DNA of 63,221 nt from Nannocystales bacterium (GCA_050633305.1 JBOEGF010000011.1:1-63221); one strand, 5' to 3'. Positions 32,601 to 43,769 are shown, counted from the first letter of the stretch. Program-made: numbers and translations. Notes: generated by a model not told the origin, from the sequence alone.

Positions 32601-35600
32601 TCAACCCTCGAGTTGGGCCAAGAACTGGTCGACGTCCGGGTCGTCCGGACCCTCGTGCTTGGCCTTCCGGGCCCACAGGACTGCGCGCTGTCGGTCTCCA
32701 CGGTGCAGTGCGATCTGAGCCTGTCGCAGGAAGGCCTGCGGGCGGCTCACCGGGCAAGGCCCCTCGATCATCGTGATCGTGCGCAGCGCTCGAACGGCGG
32801 TGTCCCACTCCTCGAGGACCTCCGCGAGGTCGGCCAACTCGGCTGCGATGTCGCCGTTTTGCTTGTCGGAGGCAAACGCTTGCAGCAGAAGCTCGAGTTG
32901 CTTCGCCGTGTCGCCCTGGCTCCCGGAGATTCGCGCCAGGCGTTGGTACACGAGCGCAGGGTCAGGACCCCGCTGACTCGGGAGTGCAGCCGCAGCGCCT
33001 TCGAGGATCGCGGCCGCTTCGTCGAGGGAGCCATGCGCCATATGAGCGTCGGCCAGCCTCACAGATGCGGCGGTGTCCCCGGGGGCGAGTTCCAGGACTT
33101 GTGCAAGAACCGCGGTGGCACCTTCCGCGTCTCCATCGGCGAGCAGAAGCTCGGCGACGTGTCGAAGCAGGGGCAGTCGGACCTCCGGGTCGTCGGTCTC
33201 GTCGGCCTCCTGGACCAGGATCTTGGCCAGCTCCTTGTGCGCGCCCGACTGCTCGTAGATGTCGCGCAGAAGGTCGCGAATGGCTCGGTTGTCCGGTTGT
33301 TTGCGCCGCGCGTGCTCCAAGCCCGGTCGTGCCTCCCCCGGAACCCCCTGTTGGGCGCAGGCGTCGGCGAGCCGCAGGGCGGCGTCGACCTGTGCGCTTC
33401 CGGTCTCCACGGCGACGAGGCGGGCGTTGAGCTTCGCCGCACCCGCCCAGTCCTCACGGCCCGCGACGAGGTCGCGGAGCATCCGTAGGGCTTCGGCGTC
33501 TTTGCGGTTGCGGTCGACCCAGTCGCTCAGGGTCTCCTCGGCGCGTTCAGGGTCGCCATGGGCGGTGGCGAGCGCACCGATCCGCAGCGTGGTGTTCCGC
33601 TCGAGGTCCGGGTCGTCGTCGCCGGCCGCAGTGACGCGTTGCATGTCCAACGCGTCGATGAGGGCCGGACCCAGGTTCTCGGGGTCACCGGGGTAGGCCT
33701 GTTCGAGATCATTGACCGTTCCAGAGAGGTCGCCGAGCTGCCGTCGCAGGTCCGCGCGAGTGGTCAGCAGCTGGTGGCGCAGGTCGGCCTCGAGGTCGTC
33801 GCGTTCGAGGAGCTCGGAGACCAGCGCTTGGGCTTCCTGGGTTTGACCCGATGCGGCGAGGTTCCCCGCCAGGTCCATGGTCAGGGCAGGGTCGCCGGGA
33901 TTGGCTTCCCGAGCCCGGGCAAGCAAGGCGCTGCCCGATTCCGCGTCCATCAGCAGCTCTCGATGGATCGACGCCGCGCGCCGAAACAGGCTCGCCTGCG
34001 TCGCAGCGTCGGTCTCGGCCTCGGCGGTGGCCACGATCAGGTCGGCCAGGCCGCGGTAGTCCCCCGCGCTTTCATAGGCTTCCTCGAGCGCGGCCCGGAG
34101 GTCGTCGCGTCCCGGGGCCAAGGCAAACCCTTGCGAGAGGGCGTCGGTCCGGCCCTGTGCGTCGTCATTGGCCTCCGCGATGCGGGCCAACTCCAGAGCG
34201 GTCTCGGCTGCCTCGTCGCCTTGCTGGGTCGCGAGCAGCTGCTGCAGCACGGCGGTGCGGGCACCGACGTTTTCGCTGTCCCCGGCCAGGGTCTGGGCCA
34301 CATCGCGTAGAAGCGACGCGTCGGTGGGAGCCCATTCGAGGGCGGAGCGGAGTGTCTCGACCGATTCCTCCGCCGATCCGTGTTCGCGCTGGTAGTTGGC
34401 AAGCGTCCGCGCGGCGGCCACGACAGGGTCGGGGCTGCCCGCTCCTTGGGCGCTCAACAGGCGCTCGCGCAGCAGGTCCATCACGTCCTCGTGCCGATCC
34501 GACTGGGTGTAGGCCTGCATCAGCAACGCTCCCGCGTCGTCGTGAGTGGGGTCTTCGACCAAGAGGTTGCGAAGCGCATCGATCGCGTCGTCGAGCCGGT
34601 CCGCTGCGAGCAGGGTTTGTGCGAGCTCGAGCCGCAGAGCCATGCGCTCTTCGGTCACGGTGATCGAGTCGACGGTGTCCTCGACGAGCCGGGAGAGCCG
34701 GTCGAGGTCTCCGAGTTCGCGATACAGGGCTGCCAGAGGACGCCAAACGTCCGCAGCGGTGGCATCGCGGTGGTGGAGAGCTTCGTAGATCTGAACGGCG
34801 AAGCTCAGGTCGCCGCTCTCGCGTCCCATCGTGGCGATCGACTCGGCGAGGGGCTGAAGTTCGGAGCGCTCAGCGTCCGCCTCGATGGCCTCGCAAAGCC
34901 ACTTCGTCGCGCCGGCGACGTCGGAAGCCGCTTGGCGTGCATTCGCAAGACCAAGCAGGGCCCAGGTTGCCCGGCCCACGCCTTCGAGCGTCCCCGCCGC
35001 GACGTCCACGGCGCGCAGCATCAGTTCTTCGCAGCGTGCGTGGTCTCCGAGCCGCTCGGCGAGTTCCACCGCCTCTTTAACGGCTTCGGGCTCGGTGTGG
35101 CCCACGGCGGCAGCGCGTTCGAGAGCGTCGAGCAGGGTGGTGTCGTCCCCGGTGCTCCGGGCAACCCGCTCGTACAGCGCGACGAGTTCGCGAGGGGTGT
35201 CTTCGGATGCGGTCGCGCGGGCGAGGATTCGGCACGCCCGCTCGGGGCGTGGGGTCATTTGCAGCGCATCTTCGAGCGCTCGCTGGCCGTCGCTGATGTC
35301 CCCTGCGGCTAGGTGGACTTCGGCCATGCGGTACAACGCGTCCGCGCGGGTCTCTGTCGCGTCCTCGCCAAGCTCGGCCAGCTTCTCCAGGTAGACCATC
35401 TGGGTGGCGGTGTCGCCCTGGGCGCTTGCAATACGGGCCGCGGCGCGCCAGACGTCCACCTCGCGAACACCGAGCTCTTCAGCTCGTTGCAGAAGCTCCG
35501 AAGCCTTCGCGGCGTCGCCACGGTCGACCTGACACGCCTCGGCGAGTCGCAGAAGCAACTCGCAGCGGACGTAGGCATCGGTGGTGCGCCGTGCCTTGTC

Positions 35601-38600
35601 CAGGAGATGCTCGACGACGCCGACGTAGGCCTCGGCATCTCCAGTCTCGACCGCGAGGGCTCGGGCTTTCTCGTGGTTGTCGGGGTTGCCTGGGGCGGCT
35701 CGCAGGGCCTGGAGTCTGGACTCGAGGGCTGCCTGCGAGTCTCCGAGGTGCTCTGCCTGCAGGTCCGCGAGTTCACCGAGGACTGCCGCGCGAGCCCGTG
35801 GGGTGTCGGCGGCGCTCAGGCGGGCCTGGATGACGCGTCCGAGGAGCGTGTGCTCCCCCTGGTCCCGAAGGCGCGCCGCAAGGTGTGGCCCTTCGGAGGG
35901 GCGCTCGGCCAGCGCTTCCATGGCCGACTCGATGAGTTCCTGTGCTTGGTCCTCGTCGCCTCGGTCTCGGGCGATCCGACTGAGCTCGTGCAGGACACCG
36001 GCGGCTCCGATGCGCCCATCTCCGGCTGTGCGAGGTCCGACGTCCTCGTCGGGCGTTCGACGGCGCGCCTGAAGCAGGAGGCTTCGGTACGCCCGCTCGG
36101 CCCGGTCGTGTTGGCCTGTGTCGCGGGCGGATTCGGCGAGCGTTTGCAGGATCGCCGGGTTGTTGGCGTCCATGCCCGAGGCGAGCTCCAGCTGATCGGT
36201 TGCGGTCGAGGTGTCTCCCTGAGCCTGGGCGACGCGAGCGAGTTCGAGGTGCGCGGCGGCTCGCTGAGGAGAGCGCCGACGGCCGAACGCGGAGACCAAC
36301 GTCTCGAGCATGGTGCGGGCCACGTCGAGCTTTCCTGCCGCACGCAGGCTGGCCGCGAGGCGGGCTTGCAAGTCGCGGTCGTCGGGGTGCTGCGTATGGG
36401 CCCGCTCCAGGATGGACACCGCCTCCGCGGGGGTTCCCAACCGGTCGTGGTAGAGGTCCGACGCCTCGCGGGCATAGGCGAGGAGCATGTCGGCGTCTGC
36501 CACATGCTCGGACGCGACACTCAGCGCCCGAGCCAGCGGCTCCCACTTCTCGCGCTCGCGGTACAGCTTGATCAGGAGCTTTCGGACCTCGGCGTGGTCC
36601 GGCGCTTGGTCGAACGCAGACTGTAGGGTGCGCGACGCTTCTGCCTCGGCGCCCGCGGCGATCTCGGCTCGGGCCAGACGCAGCATGACCGCGACGAGGC
36701 CGGCCTCGTCGGTATGCTCGATTCGGCTTCGGAGTACCGCAGCCGCCTCGGCGGGACGCTCCCGCTGGAGGTGGAGTCGCGCGAGTTGGTCCAGGGCCTC
36801 CACCGTGGGCGAGAGCTCGACGACGTGCCCCAGGGCTTCGATCGCTCGTTCGGCGTCGGAGAACGAAGTCTGCACCAGCGCGGCGAGGTCGTTCCACAGC
36901 TTGGCAGCCTGCTCGGGCTGCTCCAGTCCCTCGAGCGTGCGGGCTTGGGATTCGAGGACTTGGGCCAGCGACTCCGCCTGGCCTCGCTGCATCAGCACGT
37001 CCGTGAGGGCAGCGATGGTCTCGGGGTGCCCCGGCGTCTCCGCGAGGTTCTCTTGCAGGCTTTGTTCGCGGCCGCTCTTGGCTTCGACATCGCCGACCAG
37101 CCTCGAGAGCAAGAGCCGGAGTTCGAGCTTTCGAGCCGGCTCTGTCGTGAGATCGAGTTCTCGCTGCCGCAGCTGGAGCAGCGCGAGGGTTCGGCCTTGC
37201 ACTTCGCACAGCTCCGCAAGCTCCCGAACCAAGCCCAGCTCCTCTCGGGTGTCGAGCACCCGGAACAGCAGCTCGATCGCCTGTTCGTGGTCCTCGCGCT
37301 CGCGACACAACCGTGCCGCGCGCAGGCGCAGGTCTGCGACCGCGTCGGAGGACAGCGGCATTTGTGTGGCCGCGACCAAGACTTTGATCGCGTCCTCATC
37401 GCGTCCGGCGGATGCATCCAATGCGACCAGGGCCTCGAGTGCCCAGGTCAGGACCCCCTCGGGGTCGCGCTCGCCCAGGACAGGCTCGGCCGCCGCAAGC
37501 AGCCGTGCGGCTTTGCGATACAGACGGGAGAACAGACGACGGCGGAAGTCGGGGTTCGACTCCGCCGCGAGCGCAATCTCGGCCGCTTCCGAGAGTGGGT
37601 CGAGGTCGCGGTCGGAGAGCGCGTCGATCTCGAGGAGGGTGCCGCACAACGGGGGCTCATCGCCCTGCGAGGCCTCGGGGACCCGTCGCTGCAGGTCGGC
37701 CAGGAACTCGAGGGTCGGGCGGTGCCCCGCGGCGAAGCCCAGCGCGTTGCGAGCGGAGGTCTCCGCGGCGGAGAGGTCGTCGCGGTTGTCGAGATGCCAT
37801 CGGCCGACTTGTGCGTACAGATCGCGAGCCACGGCCGTGGGCAATCCCGAGACGTCGGCGAGCGCTTCGTCGAGGGCGGACAGCAGCGGGGTCCATCCGT
37901 CGGTCACGTCCGCCGCTTGGGCGAGTGCGACCAAGACATCTTCGTCGAGCAACTCGCGGGCCCGGCAGATGTCCATCGCCGCTTTGGCTGCGGCGGCCCA
38001 GTTCCCCGCCCGGGCGCTGGCTTCGATCAGCGCCCGTTGGATCGGGAGGTCGTCCGGCTGCCGTTCCGCGGCGCGGCCCAGAGCGTCGACGGCTCCGCTG
38101 GCGTCGGTGAGGTGGTTTTGCCGGACCGCGGCCTCGCGTCGGAAGAGTGCGGCGGCGCGCGCGTTGGAATGGGCCATGCTGCCGGCTTCCTCCAGGGCCG
38201 TCGCAGCGCGATTCCAGTCCTCGCTGAGCTCGGCCAACCGCATGACTTCGGCCTCGAGGGCGACAGCGTCGGGGTCGGCGGTGAGGGCTCGGCCGAGAGC
38301 GTCGAGGGCCGCCCGTGCGTCACCGGACTGCTGCTCGTGGAGGCGGGCGGCCTCACGCAGAACATCGACGGCTGCGAACCGGTCCCGTGCTTCGCTGACG
38401 CGAGTGTCGACAAGCCCGAGCAGGGGTTCCCATTGCTCGGTCTCTCGGAACGCGGAGGCGAGGGACTCGGCGGCTGTTCCCGCGACATCGGGCTCGCCGA
38501 GTAGGGCCTTTTGTCCGTTCAACGCGGTGGCATCGTGTGGCTCGACCGAGAGCGCCTGCGCGTAGAACTGGGCGGCGTCAGCGGGCAGACTCAGGTGGAG

Positions 38601-40421
38601 ACGGTGCAGCTCTCCGAGTCGAGACAGCAGCTTCGCGGCGCCGAGCCGGCGTGTGGCCGCAGCGTCGTCGAGGATCTCGGAGAGCTCCTCGAAGCGCATG
38701 GCGGTGGCCATCAGGCCATCGAGCGCGCCGACGGTCTCCGCTTCATCACCGAACTCTTCACGGACCTGTAGCCAGGTGTCGATGGAGGTGCCGATATTGT
38801 CGAGCTGGGTCTCCTGAACCCGTGCGAGCCGGATCAGGTCGGCGCGGCGTTGCTGGTGGACGGACGTGGAGGTGGCGCGCTGCGCCAATGCGTCGCACAG
38901 GGGCTCCCAGCGCTGTCGCTTTTCGAGCAAGCCAATCGTGGCGTCGAGGGCCTCGGCGTCAGCGGTGTCGGCCTGTCGGCGGGCGTCGTACGCAGCAAGG
39001 GCCCGGTCGGGTTGGTTGAGCTCATCGGCGAGACGGCCGACTTCGCCCAGCACTGCGCGGCGGACCACGGGAGCGGTCTCGAGCGTCGCCAGACGCTCGA
39101 GCACATCGATGCGTGCGGCGGTGTCCCCGGACGCGGCGAGGAGCTCGTTGAGCTGGTGTGCGGCACTCAATGCGAGCGTTGGGTCGGCGTCCTCCAGCTT
39201 GGCGACCTCGCTGAACAGCGTGATCGCTCGAGGGGCGTCGTCACAGCGCGACTTGGCGATCGAGGCCGCCTCGATGAACAGCGCCGAGCCCTGGGTTGGC
39301 TCGGCCTTCGCCGCTGCGCCCACGAGCGCATCGATGTGGGCTGGGTGGAGCTCCGAGCGAAGCGCGAGTTCGCGGAGCTGTCGACGCGCGTCGGCGTCGG
39401 AGGGTTCTTCGGCGAGGAGTTGGGCGTAGTGCTCCAACGCATCGGCATCGCGACCGAGGATCGCGAGTCGGGAGCCAGCCTCACGGCGCAGCGTGATGCG
39501 TTCGGGTCCGGTCGCAAAGCTCAACGCAATGAGCAACGCCTCGACCAGATCTTCGGGGCGGCTGGCGACTTTGTAGTTTGTACGTAGCAGCGCCAGTGCT
39601 TCGAGCCGGGCGGTGCCGGAGAAGTCTTCTCCGCGCAACAGCTTCTCGAGCTCGGCGCAGGCGTCGGGATGACCGGGTGATTCCTCCACCAGGGTGCGAA
39701 GCTCGTCGAGCGCCGGTCCGGCAGCTTCGAGGTGGCTCAAGGAGATCTGAGCGATGCGTAGCCGGGCCTTGCGGGCCTCGGGGGCGGGGAGCTCGGGCAG
39801 TCGGTTCTGCCATAGCTCCACCAAGTCCTCCCATCGATTCTGCCGCTCGAGGAGTCGTTCGATGTTGAGGGCGAGCTTGAGGTTGCTGGGGTCGAGCTCG
39901 AGCTGAAGCTGAAGGTAGTCGACCGCACGACCCGGGCGCTTGGCGAAGTCCTTGGCCGTGTGTGCCGCGTCATGCAGCAGGCGTGCGCGGGCCTTGGGCT
40001 CGCGGGTGTGCTGCAGAGCGTGGTCGTACTGGTCGAGGAGGTCGTCCCAGCGCTCGGCGTTGGTGAGGACGACGAGCAGGCGCTCGAAGGCCCAGTCTGC
40101 GGTGGGGTCCTTGTCGAGGATGGCACGCAGGACGCCCAACATCTCGTCCGGGCTGTCTCCGAACCACTCGTCGTGGAAGCGGGCCGCACGTTCGGCAAGC
40201 GTCTTCCAGATGTCGTGGGGGAGGTCCGCACCGAGCACCTCGCGGTACGCCGCCCCCACCTCGTCGGGTCGGTCCAGACTGTCGGCCAGGGACTCTAGGT
40301 GGTCCCACGCCTCCAGGTTTTGAGGCGTCGCCTCGACCGCCTCCAGGGCGGCAGCAAAGGACTGCCCCATTGGGGCGTCCGTGGACGTTCTTGTTTCGTT
40401 CTCCCCTCGAACTCCAGCCAC
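32601..40421 (-). CDS. Giant TPR-repeat protein (2606 aa; AgmK/GltI-like architecture)
   Basis: Uninterrupted alpha-helical repeats with W..L..L and LE.DP motifs; strong coding bias. Confidence 0.85.
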   Translation of the reverse strand: MAGVRGENETRTSTDAPMGQSFAAALEAVEATPQNLEAWDHLESLADSLDRPDEVGAAYREVLGADLPHDIWKTLAERAARFHDEWFGDSPDEMLGVLRAILDKDPTADWAFERLLVVLTNAERWDDLLDQYDHALQHTREPKARARLLHDAAHTAKDFAKRPGRAVDYLQLQLELDPSNLKLALNIERLLERQNRWEDLVELWQNRLPELPAPEARKARLRIAQISLSHLEAAGPALDELRTLVEESPGHPDACAELEKLLRGEDFSGTARLEALALLRTNYKVASRPEDLVEALLIALSFATGPERITLRREAGSRLAILGRDADALEHYAQLLAEEPSDADARRQLRELALRSELHPAHIDALVGAAAKAEPTQGSALFIEAASIAKSRCDDAPRAITLFSEVAKLEDADPTLALSAAHQLNELLAASGDTAARIDVLERLATLETAPVVRRAVLGEVGRLADELNQPDRALAAYDARRQADTADAEALDATIGLLEKRQRWEPLCDALAQRATSTSVHQQRRADLIRLARVQETQLDNIGTSIDTWLQVREEFGDEAETVGALDGLMATAMRFEELSEILDDAAATRRLGAAKLLSRLGELHRLHLSLPADAAQFYAQALSVEPHDATALNGQKALLGEPDVAGTAAESLASAFRETEQWEPLLGLVDTRVSEARDRFAAVDVLREAARLHEQQSGDARAALDALGRALTADPDAVALEAEVMRLAELSEDWNRAATALEEAGSMAHSNARAAALFRREAAVRQNHLTDASGAVDALGRAAERQPDDLPIQRALIEASARAGNWAAAAKAAMDICRARELLDEDVLVALAQAADVTDGWTPLLSALDEALADVSGLPTAVARDLYAQVGRWHLDNRDDLSAAETSARNALGFAAGHRPTLEFLADLQRRVPEASQGDEPPLCGTLLEIDALSDRDLDPLSEAAEIALAAESNPDFRRRLFSRLYRKAARLLAAAEPVLGERDPEGVLTWALEALVALDASAGRDEDAIKVLVAATQMPLSSDAVADLRLRAARLCREREDHEQAIELLFRVLDTREELGLVRELAELCEVQGRTLALLQLRQRELDLTTEPARKLELRLLLSRLVGDVEAKSGREQSLQENLAETPGHPETIAALTDVLMQRGQAESLAQVLESQARTLEGLEQPEQAAKLWNDLAALVQTSFSDAERAIEALGHVVELSPTVEALDQLARLHLQRERPAEAAAVLRSRIEHTDEAGLVAVMLRLARAEIAAGAEAEASRTLQSAFDQAPDHAEVRKLLIKLYREREKWEPLARALSVASEHVADADMLLAYAREASDLYHDRLGTPAEAVSILERAHTQHPDDRDLQARLAASLRAAGKLDVARTMLETLVSAFGRRRSPQRAAAHLELARVAQAQGDTSTATDQLELASGMDANNPAILQTLAESARDTGQHDRAERAYRSLLLQARRRTPDEDVGPRTAGDGRIGAAGVLHELSRIARDRGDEDQAQELIESAMEALAERPSEGPHLAARLRDQGEHTLLGRVIQARLSAADTPRARAAVLGELADLQAEHLGDSQAALESRLQALRAAPGNPDNHEKARALAVETGDAEAYVGVVEHLLDKARRTTDAYVRCELLLRLAEACQVDRGDAAKASELLQRAEELGVREVDVWRAAARIASAQGDTATQMVYLEKLAELGEDATETRADALYRMAEVHLAAGDISDGQRALEDALQMTPRPERACRILARATASEDTPRELVALYERVARSTGDDTTLLDALERAAAVGHTEPEAVKEAVELAERLGDHARCEELMLRAVDVAAGTLEGVGRATWALLGLANARQAASDVAGATKWLCEAIEADAERSELQPLAESIATMGRESGDLSFAVQIYEALHHRDATAADVWRPLAALYRELGDLDRLSRLVEDTVDSITVTEERMALRLELAQTLLAADRLDDAIDALRNLLVEDPTHDDAGALLMQAYTQSDRHEDVMDLLRERLLSAQGAGSPDPVVAAARTLANYQREHGSAEESVETLRSALEWAPTDASLLRDVAQTLAGDSENVGARTAVLQQLLATQQGDEAAETALELARIAEANDDAQGRTDALSQGFALAPGRDDLRAALEEAYESAGDYRGLADLIVATAEAETDAATQASLFRRAASIHRELLMDAESGSALLARAREANPGDPALTMDLAGNLAASGQTQEAQALVSELLERDDLEADLRHQLLTTRADLRRQLGDLSGTVNDLEQAYPGDPENLGPALIDALDMQRVTAAGDDDPDLERNTTLRIGALATAHGDPERAEETLSDWVDRNRKDAEALRMLRDLVAGREDWAGAAKLNARLVAVETGSAQVDAALRLADACAQQGVPGEARPGLEHARRKQPDNRAIRDLLRDIYEQSGAHKELAKILVQEADETDDPEVRLPLLRHVAELLLADGDAEGATAVLAQVLELAPGDTAASVRLADAHMAHGSLDEAAAILEGAAAALPSQRGPDPALVYQRLARISGSQGDTAKQLELLLQAFASDKQNGDIAAELADLAEVLEEWDTAVRALRTITMIEGPCPVSRPQAFLRQAQIALHRGDRQRAVLWARKAKHEGPDDPDVDQFLAQLEG

Positions 40422-40507
40422 GTCTTCGCGTCCTCTCCTCTCGGTGTCATGAGAGGACGCGAACTATATCAGCGGGCCGCTCCCGGTAGGGACGCGTGAG
40501 CGGGGCA

Positions 40508-41194
40508 TCACCCGCTGACGCTGGTCATCCATGCGGCGATGTGCCCCGCGACGGAGTCGAGGACCTCCTCAAAGGTTCGGCCACTGCGCTTGAGGACCGC
40601 CAGCGAGTGGTCTCCACCGTCGACGATGTGCAGCGTGGCGAGGTCTGACAGCCCGTCCAGCACCGGTTGCAGCAGGTCGAGCGTCGCCAACCGATCACGT
40701 GTTCCCTGTACAAACATCATCGGTACGGAGACGTCGGACAAGTGGGTCGCGCGTTTGTCGGACGGTTTTCCGGCCGGATGCAACGGGAAGCCGAGAAACA
40801 CCAGGCCTTGCACGCCCGGGAGGTCGGCCTCCGCCATCGCGCGGGAGGTCATGCGACCGCCCATCGACTTTCCGCCCGCGAACACGGGCAGGCCTCGGGC
40901 GCGGCGAACCGCTTCGGCCGCGGCTTCGCTCAGCGTGGCTCGCAAGACCTTCTCGCCGTCGGGAGGTCGCCGGGACTCCGCCTGCATGTACGGGAACATG
41001 AACCGCAACGTGGCCACGCCGTGGCTCGCCAGCGCCGCGGCCATGGCCACCATGAAGGAGTGCTCCATGCCCGCGCCGGCGCCGTGGGCCAACACGTAGA
41101 CCGCCTTTGCGCCTCGTGGACGCTGCCACAGGGCATCGACCGGCGGTCGGTCGGGGTGGCCGGGGAACGTCAGAGCCTGAGGCGCCGAGGACAT
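40508..41194 (-). CDS. Alpha/beta hydrolase (KANL3/Tex30-like)
   Basis: AHGAGA, GGKSMGGR nucleophile elbow, GFPLHP, QGTRD, GDHS; starts 5 nt after the ligD stop. Confidence 0.9.
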   Translation of the reverse strand: MSSAPQALTFPGHPDRPPVDALWQRPRGAKAVYVLAHGAGAGMEHSFMVAMAAALASHGVATLRFMFPYMQAESRRPPDGEKVLRATLSEAAAEAVRRARGLPVFAGGKSMGGRMTSRAMAEADLPGVQGLVFLGFPLHPAGKPSDKRATHLSDVSVPMMFVQGTRDRLATLDLLQPVLDGLSDLATLHIVDGGDHSLAVLKRSGRTFEEVLDSVAGHIAAWMTSVSG

Positions 41195-41199
41195 CCGGG

Positions 41200-43755
41200 T
41201 CACGTTTGCAGCAAACGGGCGAGCGCGTCGAGGGCAGCGGGGAGGTCGGGTCGCTCTCGGAGCACCGCCGCGAACGGGTCCTCGCCCAGCCGCTGCATCC
41301 GGTCGCGAGCGTTGCGGATGGTGTAGTCGGTCGGGTCCAGTCCTGGGCCGAGTTCGTGCCACTGCAGTGGCATCGACACCGTGGCGCCGGGGCGTGGACG
41401 GACGCACAGTGGGGAGACGAGGAGTCGGCCGTGACCGTTTTGCAGGGCGTCGATGTAGACGCGGCCCCGACGGGCGCGGAGCGAGCGCTGCACGGTTGCG
41501 ATCTCGGGGAGCGCGGCGACGGTGACTTGGGCGAGCAGCCTGGCCAGGAGCCGACACTGCTCGTAGGTACACTGCCGGCCCAGCGGCACGAGAACGTGCA
41601 GGCCTGTGGCGCCGCTGGTCTTGAGCACATGCGGCAGCCCCAGTTGCTCGCACAGTCCACGCAGGTACTCCGCGATCCGGATGACGTCGGAGAACGAGGC
41701 GTCTTTCGGATCGAGGTCGAGGATCGCCCAGTCGGGGTGCTGCAGGGCGGCGAGTCGCGAACCCCACACATGCAGGGGGATGGTGCCGAGGTTCGCGACG
41801 TACAGCAGCGCGTCCAAGTCGTCGCACACGAAGTAGTGAATCTCCCGTTGGGCGTGTTCGCTCCACATCATCCGGGTTCGGATCCAGTCCGGAACGTGGG
41901 CGGGGGCGTTCTTCTGGAAGAACGACTTGCCATCGATGCCGTCGGGGTAGCGGGTCAAGACCAGCGGTCGGTCCCGCAGGTAGGGCAGCAGCCACGGTGC
42001 GATGTCGCGATAGAATTCGAACAGGTCACGCTTGGTGTACCCCTGCTGTGGCCAGAACACCTTGTCGGGGTTGGTGAGGGCGACGTTGCGAGGCTCGTTG
42101 GGCAGCGCGCCTGCAGGAGCGGGTGGGGCTTCGGGTTCGAGTTCCGCGGAGGGCTCGCCGCCAGGGACGGTGCACGCTCGTGGCTGCTTGTGCTCGCGGA
42201 TCCGGACGAACACCGGGTGCCGCAGGTTGCCGCCCTCGGTCACGTGTTTGTAGCGGACCTCCACCACCAGCAGGGGCGCGACCCAGATTGCGTTCTTGGG
42301 AAGGTCGTCTCCGACCAACGCTGGGACATCGCAGGTGTGTTCGGCCAAGGCGGCCGTGAGCGTCTTCAGTGTGGCGTCGTCGAAGCCGGTGCCGACACGT
42401 CCGAACGAGCGCAGCGTCTCGCCGTCGTACGCGGCCAAGACGAGCGCTCCCAGTCCCACTCGGCCTCCGGAGGGCGGCGTAAACCCGGCGACGACGAAGT
42501 CGTGCGTCGCGACGACGCGCACCTTCAACCAGTCCTCGTGACGGCCGGCTCGGTACGGCGCGGCGGCTCGCTTGGCGACGATGCCTTCGACGCCCAACCG
42601 GCGGACATGGTCCATGAGGGCCTGCCCTTGCGTCTCGATGTGCTCGGTGTAGCGGACCACGCCCGCTGGGGGCAGAAGACGTCGCAGCAGGGCCTTGCGC
42701 TCGAGCAGCGGCAGAGCGCGGACGTCGTAGTCGTCGAAGGCGAGCAGGTCGAACGCATACAGCGTGACCGGGTGCTCCCGCGTGGCGGTCTCGACATCCA
42801 AGCCTCGCCGCAACAGTCCGCGCTTCTGCAGGCGGCTGAAGTTGGGCCGCGCATCGTCGTCCAGCACGACGACCTCTCCATCGAGAACGAATCGTCCAAA
42901 GGGCAGGGCTTCGAGGGCCCTGCGAATCTCGGGAAACGCGGCCGTGGCTTCCTTTCCGCTGCGGTAGCGCAGCACCACGCCGTCGTCCCCCTTGCCGCAC
43001 ACGAGGCGGTACCCGTCGTATTTCAGCTCGTACACCCAGGCGGGGTCATCGAAGGCCTCGTCCCGGGGCGTGGCCAACATCGGCGGGACGGTGCGCGGGT
43101 CGACCGTGTTGCGAGGGGTCTGGCCCACGATCGCCTCTCGAATCTCGCGTGCGCGGTCCTGCCCACCTGCGAGCTCTTCCACGGTGAGTCCGGAGAGGAT
43201 GGAGCGCGGGTCGAATTCGGAGGCCCCCGGACACGCGGCATCGTCGAGTTTCTTGATCAGCAGCCAGGCGTCCTCGCCGTGACCTTTGCCCTTGGTCTTC
43301 ACCAGCGTCCAGACGCCGCGGAGTTTGTGACCTCGCAGCTCGAAGAGCAGCTTGTCTCCGGTGGGGTCTTCGAGCGGCGTCCAGGTGCCACGGTCCCAGA
43401 CGATCATGGCGCCGGCGCCGTAGTTCCCCTCGGGGATGACGCCCTCGAAGTGGATGTAGTCCAAGGGGTGGTCCTCGGTCCGGACGGCGAGGCGTTTGAC
43501 GGTGGGGTCGAGAGATGGGCCGCGAGGCACCGCCCAGGATCGCAGCACTGCGCCGAACTGCAGCCGGACATCCCAGTGCAAGCGGCGAGCGGCATGTTGC
43601 TGGACCACGAAATGGCGAGGGCCCTGTGGGTTTTGGCGGGCGGATGCGGCGCTCTCGCCGTCGAAGGGCTCCCCCGTCCGGTCCGCGCTACGCTTTGCGC
43701 GGTACTTGTCGAGTTCCTCGTGGGTGCTCTCGTCGCTGTCGGACTTTTCGCTCAC
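41200..43755 (-). CDS. ligD: NHEJ DNA ligase D (phosphoesterase-ligase-polymerase)
   Basis: PE: QQHAARRLHWD, EDHP, NYGAG; LIG: ELKYDGYR, EGIVAK, WLK; POL: LTNPDKV, RYPDG, FFQK, DLDP, KTSG..GLH. Confidence 0.95.
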   Translation of the reverse strand: MSEKSDSDESTHEELDKYRAKRSADRTGEPFDGESAASARQNPQGPRHFVVQQHAARRLHWDVRLQFGAVLRSWAVPRGPSLDPTVKRLAVRTEDHPLDYIHFEGVIPEGNYGAGAMIVWDRGTWTPLEDPTGDKLLFELRGHKLRGVWTLVKTKGKGHGEDAWLLIKKLDDAACPGASEFDPRSILSGLTVEELAGGQDRAREIREAIVGQTPRNTVDPRTVPPMLATPRDEAFDDPAWVYELKYDGYRLVCGKGDDGVVLRYRSGKEATAAFPEIRRALEALPFGRFVLDGEVVVLDDDARPNFSRLQKRGLLRRGLDVETATREHPVTLYAFDLLAFDDYDVRALPLLERKALLRRLLPPAGVVRYTEHIETQGQALMDHVRRLGVEGIVAKRAAAPYRAGRHEDWLKVRVVATHDFVVAGFTPPSGGRVGLGALVLAAYDGETLRSFGRVGTGFDDATLKTLTAALAEHTCDVPALVGDDLPKNAIWVAPLLVVEVRYKHVTEGGNLRHPVFVRIREHKQPRACTVPGGEPSAELEPEAPPAPAGALPNEPRNVALTNPDKVFWPQQGYTKRDLFEFYRDIAPWLLPYLRDRPLVLTRYPDGIDGKSFFQKNAPAHVPDWIRTRMMWSEHAQREIHYFVCDDLDALLYVANLGTIPLHVWGSRLAALQHPDWAILDLDPKDASFSDVIRIAEYLRGLCEQLGLPHVLKTSGATGLHVLVPLGRQCTYEQCRLLARLLAQVTVAALPEIATVQRSLRARRGRVYIDALQNGHGRLLVSPLCVRPRPGATVSMPLQWHELGPGLDPTDYTIRNARDRMQRLGEDPFAAVLRERPDLPAALDALARLLQT

Positions 43756-43769
43756 CGGCGTTCCGTTCG

